This document shows positions 8,314 through 19,000 of a DNA stretch of 54,445 bases, one piece after another; position 1 is the stretch's first letter, and every line of letters starts with the position of its first letter. The DNA comes from a virus. Its lineage: Duplodnaviria; Caudoviricetes. The DNA lies in the IMG/VR virus record IMGVR_UViG_3300025138_000051, positions 1-54,445 of that record; one strand, written 5' to 3'. The notes beneath the pieces were generated by a model. The model was not told where the DNA came from and ran no database searches. It was given only the letters and a program-made list of their open reading frames with translations. Made by a program: the position numbers and the translations under genes.

Positions 8314-9548
8314 TGTTTAAATTTAGAGATTATCAGAAAAGAATTGTTAGACAGGGTTCTAAAATATTAAAGAACCATAACTTGTTATACTTAACTATGG
8401 AAGTTAGAACAGGTAAAACTTTCACAAGTTTAGGCATCTGCAATAAAATTAAAGCTAATAATGTTTTATTCATCACAAAGAAAAAAGCAATTAGCAGTAT
8501 TGAAGATGACTTTAATACTTTAAAACCTAACTACAAAATTACCGTAATTAATTATGAGAGCTTACATAAAATATCTACAGATCAACATTTTGATGTTTTA
8601 ATATTAGATGAAGCACACTCTATTGGAGCATACCCTAAAAAGAACAAACGTTGTTTACAAATACAAAGTTTGATTTTGATTCATGACCCTAAAGTTATAT
8701 TGCTTTCAGGTACTCCTACTCCAGAGTCTTTTTCTCAAATGTATCATCAGGTTTGTTCTATTCCTGGAAACCCTTTCTCAGATTATAAAAACTTTTATCA
8801 GTTTTGTAAACATCATGTAGATGTTAAACAACGTAGAATAAATGGTTTGTTTATGAATGATTACTCAAGAGGTAGAGAATCTATTTTAAAAGAAATGAAA
8901 CCATATACAATATCGTTTACTCAGAAAGAAGCAGGGTTTGTAGTTGATACTAATGAGGAAGTTTTGTGGGTTGATTTAGAAGATTCAACAAAAGAAATGA
9001 TTAAAACTTTGAATAAAGATAGAATACTCAAGGGGTCTGAAGAAGTTGTATTAGCCGATACTCCTGTAAAGCTTATGACAAAAACACATCAATTGTGTTC
9101 TGGGACAGTTAAGTTTGAATCAGGAAAGTCTCAAGTTGTAGATTACAGTAAAGCTAATTTTATTCATAAAAAATTTGGTAATAAAAAAATAGGTATATTT
9201 TATAAATTCAAAGAAGAGTTGAATGCACTAAAAGAGGTGTATAAAGATGACCTATGCATTGATCTTGAGACCTTTAACTCAACTAATAAAACCATAGCTT
9301 TGCAAATTGTTAGTGGGCGAGAAGGTATATCATTACGTCAAGCTGAAGCTTTAATATACTACAACATAGACTTCAGTGCAACCAGCTATTGGCAAAGCAG
9401 AGACCGTATGACTACTAAGGAAAGACTTTATAATAAAATCTATTGGATCTTCTCAAAAGGAGGTATCGAATCAGATATATACAAGGCTGTTATAAAGAAA
9501 AAAGACTACACCTTAAATCATTTTAAAAGAGATTTATTAGATTTGTAA
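8313..9548 (+). CDS. SF2 (SNF2-like) helicase
   Basis: RDYQ, RTGKT, ILDEAH, LSGTP, GREGISL, QSRDR; TAATG coupling to the primase gene. Confidence 0.9.
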   Translation: MFKFRDYQKRIVRQGSKILKNHNLLYLTMEVRTGKTFTSLGICNKIKANNVLFITKKKAISSIEDDFNTLKPNYKITVINYESLHKISTDQHFDVLILDEAHSIGAYPKKNKRCLQIQSLILIHDPKVILLSGTPTPESFSQMYHQVCSIPGNPFSDYKNFYQFCKHHVDVKQRRINGLFMNDYSRGRESILKEMKPYTISFTQKEAGFVVDTNEEVLWVDLEDSTKEMIKTLNKDRILKGSEEVVLADTPVKLMTKTHQLCSGTVKFESGKSQVVDYSKANFIHKKFGNKKIGIFYKFKEELNALKEVYKDDLCIDLETFNSTNKTIALQIVSGREGISLRQAEALIYYNIDFSATSYWQSRDRMTTKERLYNKIYWIFSKGGIESDIYKAVIKKKDYTLNHFKRDLLDL

Positions 9549-9549
9549 C

Positions 9550-9756
9550 ATGAGGTTAATTAAATTTTTATTAATTTGGATTAGTCAAAATTTAGCAATA
9601 CCTTTTTGGGTAGTAGGACATATTCATTTATCTATTCATAATTTTCATGACTTAATTGAACTACTTTCTTCAATAGGTATGAACTTAATAGTAGCAATTG
9701 GATTTGTATTAGATTACAGAAATGACAGAGCAACAAATACAAGTAAAAAAGATTAA
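9550..9756 (+). CDS. small membrane protein with His-rich loop
   Basis: Two hydrophobic segments around GHIHLSIHNFHD. Confidence 0.7.
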   Translation: MRLIKFLLIWISQNLAIPFWVVGHIHLSIHNFHDLIELLSSIGMNLIVAIGFVLDYRNDRATNTSKKD

Positions 9757-9970
9757 AGAGTTAGAGTCTTTAGGTTATTATGTAATTAAATTAACACTTA
9801 CTAATAAAAATGGTATACCTGATTTAATAGCTATACCTAAAAATTGTAATGTAGAATTTATAGAAGTAAAGAAACCAAATGGTAAACTATCAAAGCTACA
9901 AGAATATAGAATAGATGAACTAAAAAAACATGGAGTCAAGGTTGAAGTTTTTAAGGGATATGAATTATGA
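9722..9970 (+). CDS. VRR-NUC domain nuclease
   Basis: E..IQ, GIPDL, FIEVK, LSKLQ motifs. Confidence 0.9.
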   Translation: MTEQQIQVKKIKELESLGYYVIKLTLTNKNGIPDLIAIPKNCNVEFIEVKKPNGKLSKLQEYRIDELKKHGVKVEVFKGYEL

Positions 9971-10244
9971 TATTGAAGACGGTTATACGTCAGCCTTGGA
10001 AAGTATGCCAGCAGGTAAGGCATATAGAATAGCTGTGTTTATAGAAAACAATATGCCCGATGTTAAAGTAAACGATTACCATACTTACATTTTTACAGGA
10101 GTAATTAGTTATTTTGGAGAAGAAGTTCCGTTTATTTTTGAAATTATGCATGCTTCGGGAGATGTCCCTACTTTAACTGATCTGTCTATTATTGAGATGG
10201 ATGAATTTTTAGACTTAATTAACTTAAATTTATTTGTAAAATGA
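9960..10244 (+). CDS. acidic hypothetical protein
   Basis: ORF track gives 9930; the likelier start is MNYDI at 9960, which minimises overlap. Confidence 0.7.
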   Translation: MNYDIEDGYTSALESMPAGKAYRIAVFIENNMPDVKVNDYHTYIFTGVISYFGEEVPFIFEIMHASGDVPTLTDLSIIEMDEFLDLINLNLFVK

Positions 10245-10585
10245 GACAAGCATCTAAAAGAGAAAACATAATAATGGTATATACAAAAGATATGAGTGTA
10301 TCATACAGTGATATAGCATTGTTAACAGATAGTAATGTTAATTATGTTAACCAATGTATACATAATTACCACATTGATTTAGTGTCTTATTACGACATGT
10401 GTTTAGCTCCGAGTTTAGTAGATTCTGATATTTACTTTTTATTTTCTGACAATGGAGCTGAAAAAAGATTAAAATTTAAAAACAATATTGTAACTCCTGA
10501 AAACGAGTTAACAGCGTTAGAGGAGTTGTATGTAAAATTAAATTTAAGCAATAGAATAGCTCATTATGAGTCTGGTGTATTTTAA
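10241..10585 (+). CDS. hypothetical protein with possible N-terminal HTH
   Basis: SYSDIALLTDSNVNYVNQCI resembles an HTH recognition pattern. Confidence 0.6.
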   Translation: MRQASKRENIIMVYTKDMSVSYSDIALLTDSNVNYVNQCIHNYHIDLVSYYDMCLAPSLVDSDIYFLFSDNGAEKRLKFKNNIVTPENELTALEELYVKLNLSNRIAHYESGVF

Positions 10586-10592
10586 AAAAAAT

Positions 10593-10627
10593 TTTGATGT
10601 TTAAATTATTTTTAGTACATTGTACAA
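10593..10627 (+). promoter_or_regulatory. Bacteroidota-type promoter (TTTG-N19-TACATTG) with TTGTACAA palindrome
   Basis: Intergenic; same spacing as the promoter at 3213; -7 box imperfect. Confidence 0.65.
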
Positions 10628-10639
10628 AATCTAACTATA

Positions 10640-10888
10640 ATGAAAGCCTACGAGGAATGTAAATACAATACATTAGATGTAGAGAAAATAATAAGTTTTT
10701 CTTCTTGGTCAGATACACGAAAAATTGATACGTTATTTCATATTGATTGTGTAATGTATTGTAATCTTGGAAAAGAGTCAAGTACTTCAGAAAGACGTAA
10801 AGCAAAATCAAATTCACGAACTATATATAAAGCAATAAAAACACTTGATTATAAATTAGGAGAGTTGTTATTAAAAAATATGGATTAG
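10640..10888 (+). CDS. hypothetical protein
   Basis: 82 aa, first gene after the promoter. Confidence 0.8.
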   Translation: MKAYEECKYNTLDVEKIISFSSWSDTRKIDTLFHIDCVMYCNLGKESSTSERRKAKSNSRTIYKAIKTLDYKLGELLLKNMD

Positions 10889-10889
10889 T

Positions 10890-11081
10890 ATGTCAGGAAT
10901 ATCTCGTAATGATGTAGAGGTCATTAGTCATATAAATTATGTTACTAATAACCTTCACGACCTTACAGATGATTTATACGAAGACTTAATGGAGCGTGAT
11001 AATCAATCGGCCAAAAAGAAAGCAAAATACATTGTTAATCTTATGGAAGAATTAATTCAATCTTTAAGCGATGACATTTAG
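10890..11081 (+). CDS. hypothetical helical protein
   Basis: 63 aa, tightly packed. Confidence 0.75.
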   Translation: MSGISRNDVEVISHINYVTNNLHDLTDDLYEDLMERDNQSAKKKAKYIVNLMEELIQSLSDDI

Positions 11082-11799
11082 TGACAGCAATGAAATACGA
11101 CCAAGGTTAAAAGGAAATAAACGACAGGCTTTTGAAAACCTTAACAAAAAAGAAAGAAGAATATTAATTATAGGTGACCTACACGCACCATTTGTTTTAC
11201 CAGAATATTTAGAACATTGTAAACAAACTTACGCAAACTATAATTGTAATCAAGTTATATTTATAGGAGATATTTTGGACAACCATGCGTTTTCTTATCA
11301 TGAGCCAGATCCAGACGGACTTTCTCCAGGCTCTGAATTAAAAATGGCTAAAAAGTTTATTAAAGATTGGTATGGTGCATTTCCAAAAGCAGACGTTTTG
11401 ATCGGAAATCACGATCGTATGGCCTCTCGTAAAGCAATGACTGGTGGAGTACCTTCTGCATGGATAAAGTCCTATAACGATGTCTTAGGCACTCCTAAAT
11501 GGAACTGGGTAGAGACTATAGTGTATGATAATGTGTTGTATGAACATGGCGAAGGCGGTCAAGCTAAAACTAAAGCCAAGAACAATATGATGTCCAGTGT
11601 TTGTGGACACACACATACAGAAGCCTACACTATGTGGTTTGTTGGAAAGAAATTTAGAGTGTTTGGAATGCAAGTAGGTTGTGGGGTTGACTCCAAAAGT
11701 TATGCGGCTGCATATGCAAGAAACTTTAAAAAACAAGCCATAGGTTGTGGGGTAGTTATAGGAGGTCACACTGCAATAAATTCACTTATGAACCTATGA
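11071..11799 (+). CDS. calcineurin-like metallophosphoesterase
   Basis: GDLH, GDILD, GNHD, EHG and GHTH motifs all present. Confidence 0.9.
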   Translation: MTFSDSNEIRPRLKGNKRQAFENLNKKERRILIIGDLHAPFVLPEYLEHCKQTYANYNCNQVIFIGDILDNHAFSYHEPDPDGLSPGSELKMAKKFIKDWYGAFPKADVLIGNHDRMASRKAMTGGVPSAWIKSYNDVLGTPKWNWVETIVYDNVLYEHGEGGQAKTKAKNNMMSSVCGHTHTEAYTMWFVGKKFRVFGMQVGCGVDSKSYAAAYARNFKKQAIGCGVVIGGHTAINSLMNL

Positions 11800-11927
11800 A
11801 AAAATTTAGACAATATAGAAGTAGACAAGGAAGAACAGATAAAAGTTACAGCGAATCATCTACTGTTCTATTAATCTCTTACCTTGCAATGCTTTTAATA
11901 TTGGTAGCAGTAGGATTAAACTCATGA
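11796..11927 (+). CDS. small tail-anchored membrane protein (43 aa)
   Basis: MKKFRQYRSRQGR plus a C-terminal TM helix; start revised to the ATGA overlap at 11796. Confidence 0.7.
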   Translation: MKKFRQYRSRQGRTDKSYSESSTVLLISYLAMLLILVAVGLNS

Positions 11928-12049
11928 AACCAAACATAACAACACAGGAAAGAAAAGATATTTTACAAAAAATATTGTTACTCAAAAATATGAGTTCACC
12001 TACACCAAAGGTAATAAAACAGATACAACAACTTCAACAACAATTATGA
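11924..12049 (+). CDS. hypothetical protein (41 aa)
   Basis: Own translation MKPNITTQERKDILQKILLL...QQLQQQL; ATGA overlaps at both ends. Confidence 0.7.
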   Translation: MKPNITTQERKDILQKILLLKNMSSPTPKVIKQIQQLQQQL

Positions 12050-12381
12050 ATAAAAAGATAGCCCTTGAATTAAAAGCTCAAGCAGAGGTCGTAGCTAAAA
12101 GATTTTCTCGAAAAGATAGAGAACAAAACTTTAATAATGAAGACTTTAAAGTAGACGAGATAATACCAATGTCTGACCATACAGCTTGTGTATATTATAG
12201 AAAGACTACTGATAAAATAGGAGCTGCATTTTTTTACTACATACCAAACGGTATGTCAAAAGGTTGGAAATATTTTTTTCCTACAGATTCACACCTCAAC
12301 GGTCTTGCTTCGTTTCACTATTATAAGTTAGAGGCCGAGAGGAAAAACTATAGTAAGAATTTAACTTCTTCTGATCTCTAA
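12046..12381 (+). CDS. hypothetical protein, last gene of the + arm
   Basis: 111 aa; GWKYFFPTDSH motif. Confidence 0.8.
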   Translation: MNKKIALELKAQAEVVAKRFSRKDREQNFNNEDFKVDEIIPMSDHTACVYYRKTTDKIGAAFFYYIPNGMSKGWKYFFPTDSHLNGLASFHYYKLEAERKNYSKNLTSSDL

Positions 12382-12622
12382 GCTCAGCAGCAATATTATA
12401 TTCTTCTATACCAACAAAGTATTCCATTAATAAATCATAGACATCATCTTTCATAACCGCTACTGGTTTTGTAGGATTAAAAACCACCTCTACTGTATAG
12501 TCTCTTTCAAGAAGCTCTTCAAAAGATATTTTACCAGTTAATAACTCATAACTTTGAACCATACTTGAGTGCTGGTTGTAATTGTTATCCATAAAATCCC
12601 ATTCTCTGTCTGAATTAATCAT
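12296..12622 (-). CDS. small protein with UVR (UvrB/UvrC)-like motif, last gene of the - arm
   Basis: EEYNIAAELRD matches the E.YE.AA.LRD UVR motif. Confidence 0.7.
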   Translation of the reverse strand: MINSDREWDFMDNNYNQHSSMVQSYELLTGKISFEELLERDYTVEVVFNPTKPVAVMKDDVYDLLMEYFVGIEEYNIAAELRDQKKLNSYYSFSSRPLTYNSETKQDR

Positions 12623-12998
12623 CTTTTATTTTTGGAGGTTTTATTATTGTAGGTTTTTGACCATTTGGCGTTACTATAGTTGGTCTGGGTTTTGGACGAA
12701 CTAAAGGTCTAATGATGACTTGAGGGCTATAAGGTATATTATTATAATAAGGAATAGTATTATTATATTGATAAGTGTTATAAATTTTTGGTCTTAATGA
12801 ATTAACATCTATAAGAACAGTGTCACCAGAATGTGTAATACCTATTACTTTTCTAAAATGAAAAGGTTCATGAGTTACCGAACAACTACTAACAATTATT
12901 AAAAACAGTATCATAAATAAAAAAGTTATTACTGCATTAAAAGGGTGTGCCATTATATTTAATACTATATTTCTTGTGTAATTATACATATCTCTCAT
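12615..12998 (-). CDS. proline-rich lipoprotein
   Basis: Hydrophobic signal plus VSSC lipobox; Pro/Lys-rich C-terminus; true start may be the internal MAHP. Confidence 0.7.
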   Translation of the reverse strand: MRDMYNYTRNIVLNIMAHPFNAVITFLFMILFLIIVSSCSVTHEPFHFRKVIGITHSGDTVLIDVNSLRPKIYNTYQYNNTIPYYNNIPYSPQVIIRPLVRPKPRPTIVTPNGQKPTIIKPPKIKDD

Positions 12999-13001
12999 AT
13001 T

Positions 13002-16000
13002 TTAATTTAATCCTTTAGACAAAGGTTTAGATAACCTTCTTCTTTTTTGTTTATTACTTGAATTTTTTTGTATAGGTTTTGGTCTTTGTAAAACTTTTCT
13101 TTTTCCTCCACTTGTTTTATCTCCTCCGATAACTTTACGACTATCCATATAATCATCATAAGCATCTTGTTGTTTTTTTGTTAAGGGACGTTTACCAAAC
13201 ATATCTTTAAGAATAATTCTTCTTATATCCTTATAAAAAGGTAGTAAACCTAAATTACCTAACGCTTCAACAGCTAATCTTTCTTCTAATTCTTTCTCGT
13301 ATTTAGCTATCGTTTCTGGCTTAGCAGTATCACTATTTAATCTCGTTAGCACTGTACCTGTTCTGATTAATGTTTTTAAAAGAGGCCCGTAAGGCCCAGC
13401 TAATACTTTTGATCCTACCTTTAAAAGATCACCGCTTGCTAAATCATCTTGATTTATTTGACTAAATACCATACTATGTACAAACGGATCGTATTCACCC
13501 TTTCTAAAGTCTTTCATAAGAGGCTCGTTTATACCATACTCAAGCATAAAGTTTATAGGTATTTTAGCAAAGTTTCCAAGTGTACCTCCTGTCATAAGAC
13601 CAAGAGATGATCCTACAAGTTGTCTTACCATCATATCTTCAAGGTCATCGTCTTCTCTTTTATCATCTTTTACATCAAACAATTCATCATCCATTAGACT
13701 TGTAAGCATTGAATACATAACCATATAAGAAGACATTCTAAATGTAACTCCTGCTAATAAACCTAAAGCTTCAGCTTTGCTTAAATCTCCTTTTTTATGT
13801 AAAGCATGGATTGCATGTCTTGCAGTACCAAATTCAAATAAAGTAAATCTTTGCATATAAGAATTAGACAGTTTATATAATTGCATTAAGCCTGAGTCAC
13901 TTACTTTTGGAGTGTTTTTGAGGATACCATCAAAAGGATTAGAAGAAGTAGCCATAACTACAACACTACCATCTGCCTTTTGTGTTGCTTCTTGTCTTGC
14001 TTCTTTAAAATCTACACCTAAATATTTTGATGTTCCATCAGCAATCTTTTTAAAATCTTCAGATGTTAATTTAATACCTGTAGTTTCAGCAAAAGAATCT
14101 GCAAAAGCTCCAAACCACATAGGTCTCGAAAGAACTTGATCTGGATATGACAAAACTTTATTACCCACTTCATTTACTGCAGCGTAAGTTTGTTTAATAC
14201 CACTAAATCTCATAATAGCACCCATAACATTCGACATTTGACTAACTGCTTGTCCAGAAGATCTGCTTGGCTGTACAAAATCTGACATATCAGAGTACTT
14301 AGAAGTTAAAGCATCAGAATCTACTAACTTACTTGTAACACCTGATTGTAAATTTGTTAAAGCATCAAACATTATTTCGGTATTGTAAGGATTTGATGTA
14401 AAAGTTCCAAAAGATTTCATAGCTCTTGTAGCTTTAGCTGGGTTGGACAACATCATTCCAAAGTTACCTATTAATTCAGCAGCAGCTCTTGGAAGTGAAG
14501 CCAATGCTGACTGATAACCTATTCTTTTTACTTCTTGCATCACTTTATCTGAAAGGGTTGCATCTGAATAAGATTGCATAAACACGTTTTCAACTACTTC
14601 ATTTATAGATCGTGTCAAAGCATTAGCAGCCATAATGGAAGATCGAGATGCATTAGGATTGTTTTCTAACTCACTCTTTATTGTATTTACTAAACCACCT
14701 ACTTGCTGTAAGTCTTGTGTCATATAGTAATCCATATTAATTTGTTGAACACCACGAATAGCCGAATACGAAGGATCAAAACTTATAGCTTTTGCTCCAT
14801 CTGTTCTTTCAATTATAGTTTTAGACTTTGTAGTACTATCAACTGTGTTAACATATTCCTTTGCCCTCTTAGCTACTTCTGTTTTAGCATCTCCGTCAGT
14901 ATTTATAACAGAGTGATGATTGTAGTTATTAAGTAAATCAACTTGATTACCATGCATTGTTGAAACAAACACAGCTTTTTGGGCTAATCCATTATTAACT
15001 TCATCATATAAAGCTAAAGCTTTCTTTTCTGCTGGAGTTAAAGATTTTTCTAACTTCTCTAAACTTAATTGATCTCCATCTAAAAATTGTTCTTTTAATT
15101 CTGTAAGTAATTTTCCATCTTTTTCTGAAAGTATACCTACGTTTTTTATTGCTTGCAACGTAGCATCTACAAACTCTAAAGCAGAAGGAGTTTTTTTATT
15201 TGGTTTATCATTCTTAAAGTTAGATAAAAACTCTCTTTGTAACTGTAACATTCTAATTTTATACTTAGATTTTACAATTGCATTTTGAGATCTACCCATA
15301 CGAGTTTTCTTTCTCACTTGATTTACTCCATCAAACTCTAATATTTTATCTGCAGCTTCTACTTTAGCTACTTCTTTTTTAGTTTCAGACTTGTAAGTTT
15401 CAAAAGCTTTACCAAGTCTACCAAATGTATTGTTGTAAATAGTTTTACTATTAAAGTTTCCAAAAATGTCATCAACATTAAATAAAGGGCCAGACCTTAC
15501 TCTTTCTAATACAAAAGATTTGTCAGTTTTCATTGACTTAATTTTTTGATAAGCACTCTTAACGTTACGATATATGCTTTCTTTCTTAACTTTTGCAATT
15601 ACTGGCTCTACTTTAATCTTTCTGTTATTAATATCTACTTTGTTAACCAGCTTCATAGCTGCTGCAGGAACATAACCGTTTTGAATATTTTGTTTTACTT
15701 TTTTCAAAGTTTCGATAGCAGAATAATCCATAGTGCCATCTTTCTTTTCTCTTCCTAAAGACCTAATTTCTTTTTCATTAAGTTCAGAAAGAATCCTTGC
15801 TATTTCTCTTGCTCTTGGATCGCTTATTTTTGAAAGTTCTTTTTTAGATATTTTCACTGCTTTTACACCAGCTACTCCCTCTTCAACATTATAGTCATCT
15901 GGAGTTGGTTTTTGATCAACAGATAAATTTTCATCTACATTAACCTCAGCCTCCACAGCATTTATGATATCTAAGGCTTGTTGCATTGTCGTAGACTTTT

Positions 16001-19000
16001 CTTTTAAATCTAAAACTGCTTTACTTGATCCAAACTCTTCCATTAATTGAAGATAAGAATCCAGTTTTGCATCTGGGATTATTGATGGATTAAAACCAAG
16101 TACTTGGTTTAAAGCTACTTTTAAATCATTTGAAACAGGCCCTATCTTACTTTTAATATTTTCCTTAGCCTTAGTTTTTAATTTTTTAGCTCTTGTAATT
16201 TTAGCTGTAAAGTCAGCGTCAGTCATGACTTTATCTACAAAAGCTAAATAACTATCTACTGATTCTTTAACAAAAGGTTTTACAGCTGCTAATCTATCTG
16301 TCAATACAGTAGTTTGCATAGAAGAAACTTTACCACCCTTTCTCAATGATTTTATTTCAGCAGTAATATTTTTTAAAAAACTCTGATAAGACTTTACTGC
16401 TTTCTTTGCAGCTTTTGCTTGCATTATAATTTGATCTTTAAGTGCAGTCCTTTCATTTACAACTACTCTTTTTTGAGGTACAGTTTTATTTTTACCTTCG
16501 TTTATAGTCCCTAACATTCTATTGTTCTGCTCAGCAAGCTTAAAACCTTTATTTATTGACGCTCTTGATGGTGCTTGAATACCAAGGTCTTCACTTACTT
16601 CACGAACTAAAGCATCATATTCCACTTGATTTAGTTGCTCGGCTAATTTAGTTCCACGTAAATACTCAGTCACTTGCTTAACTATAAAAGCAGGGTTTAT
16701 AGATTTAGGTCTACGTCCAAGAATTTTTTTCTTTATATCTTGAGCTATATTTTTAACACGCTGAGGGTCAGCTGTTACTCGTTGTTCAGCTTGTAAGAAC
16801 TCGTCAACTGAAACATTTTCTTCAGCTGCAACTTCTTTAATAGTATTCATTACATTATTAAATGATTCACTACCTTCTTGTTTTTCTTCTATTAATTTAG
16901 ATCTAACATCTTTTAGTTTCCCAGGATCTCTTGAATCAATTGCATCATTTACTTCCGTTTCGGTCTGCGCCTTTGTTGTGGTGCTGCTTTCGACTTCAGT
17001 CGATTCGGTAGAGACGTTGGCAGTGGGGTCTCCTTCTCCCACCGTTTTGCTATCTTGGGTAGATTCTTGTGCATCCACCTCCGTTGTGCTTGGCTTTTGA
17101 ATGGCATCTGGTTTCGTATTTAATTCATTAGTTACGTTTGTTGTTTTTTCTAAAACAGGCAACGCTACGTCTATAGTGTAACTTTTTTTACCTTTTTTAG
17201 TTCCTTTTCTTTTTATTTTTACCTCAATTCCTGGATAAGCTTTTTTAATTTTTTCAACTTCAGCTTCAGCTTTAGCTTTGTCATCGGTTTGAAAAGCCTT
17301 AAATGCATCTGTACCACCTTTATCTTTTACCGATTCTTGTGTTGCATCACTATATGCGGTTGTTTGCGTAACCACATTTCCGTCAGCATCTACTTTCTCT
17401 GTTAAATTTTTTGATTTATAATAAACATTTAAACCACCTTCAGATATTGTTGTGGTTTCAACAACTTCAGAACCAGGAGGTAAAGAAGCTTCTGCCATAG
17501 TAATCATATTCTTAAACTCATTCCCAGTAGATTCCATTTTTGCTGTAAACTGATTCGTTGGGTTTCCGTTTGAATCATAAATTCTTGTAAAGCCAACAAA
17601 ATTTTTAGAATCTCCACTGCTACTTATAACCACATCTAACTCTCCAGTTTTAGGATTGTTGTATGTAGCTGTTTGCACACCTTTTTCGTCTGGATTTGTA
17701 ATACCACTCAACACAGCTTTTCCATAAGGAAGTTTTTTATCTGAATGAGTTTTACCAAATACATCTGGTGCTGAATCTAATCGAGCTTGTTCAAATAATT
17801 CTTTTTGTTTAGCTTCTATTTGTTCTACAGAAGCATCAGTAACACCTTCGTTTTCTAAAGCTTCAATCGCACTATCTTTGGTGATAGAAATATTTAGATT
17901 TGTTGTATTCCCTTTTGTATCAGAAACTTTAACAGATTGAGCCATTACACCCTCATATTTATCTAAAATTTTATTTATCTGAATATCTATATCTGCTTTT
18001 CTTTTTTTATTTACTTTTAATGTAGGGTCTTGCATATTTGCAGACTCTTGTTCTAAAGCAATTAATTTAGCTCGATCTTCACCTTGTATGTAATCAGGAA
18101 TATCTAAATCAAATTGTGCAGCTTGTTTTCTTAATGTAATTTTATTAGAAAGTTCTGGGTCATTTTTAATGTCAAACTGAGCAGTTCTAATTTCTTCATC
18201 AGTCATCGTGTCAACCATAGCTTCTATGTCAGCTTTAGATGTAGGTGTAACATCTCCACCCTTGCTTATAGTTCCATACTTTGCTGGTTTAAATACATTT
18301 CGAGCAACATCTGTAAGGGAAGTTCCTGTCACAGCTTGAGGTACACTTAATACAGAACTTGCTTGTCCTGTTATACCTTCAAAACCTATTTCAGCCACAT
18401 CAAATTCTTGACCTCCTGTTCCACGATTAACAAAATCTAAATTAGTAGCTGCTCTTGCAGCGGTTTCTCCAGCTGACCCACCTAAAGCTTCTATACCAGC
18501 AGCTTTTAAACCTGCTCTTGTTGCCATTTTTTTAGACACTTGTTTTCCTGCTGCTTTTGCTGTTTTAACTGCTGATCCACCTAATTTACCTGCAACTCCA
18601 CGTGTTAAGCCATCAATTGTTCCAATCACTAAACCTCTTGCTGCAGATTTATTTCTTATACCTTGAAGTGCTTCAGGGTCTTCTAACACTGCTCGTATGC
18701 CATCATCGTTAAACTCTAATCCCTTTTTCTCAACAGCTTCTTTTAAAAACTCTGTAAATGATAAACCTGTTTCAAGTGCAGCTCCTGCTCCCATCAATGA
18801 CCCTGTTATAGCTCCACCTGCACCTGTAATAGCCGCTAAAGGCCCTCCAATAGCTCCTGCAGCTGCACCTACACCTCCACCTACTACTGCTCCAGCACCT
18901 GCTCCTGCAGCCACTGTGGGGTTTACCATTGAGGCAATAGATGAAATTAAAAGTTGGTTTACTACAGAAGGATTAAATGCTACACCTTTAACAAAACCAA

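Noticed and set aside
1770-11769. Short - strand ORFs in the early arm (1770, 2346, 3270, 7452, 7784, 9778, 10635, 11485)
   Set aside because: Antisense to well-supported + strand genes, with no supporting signals.
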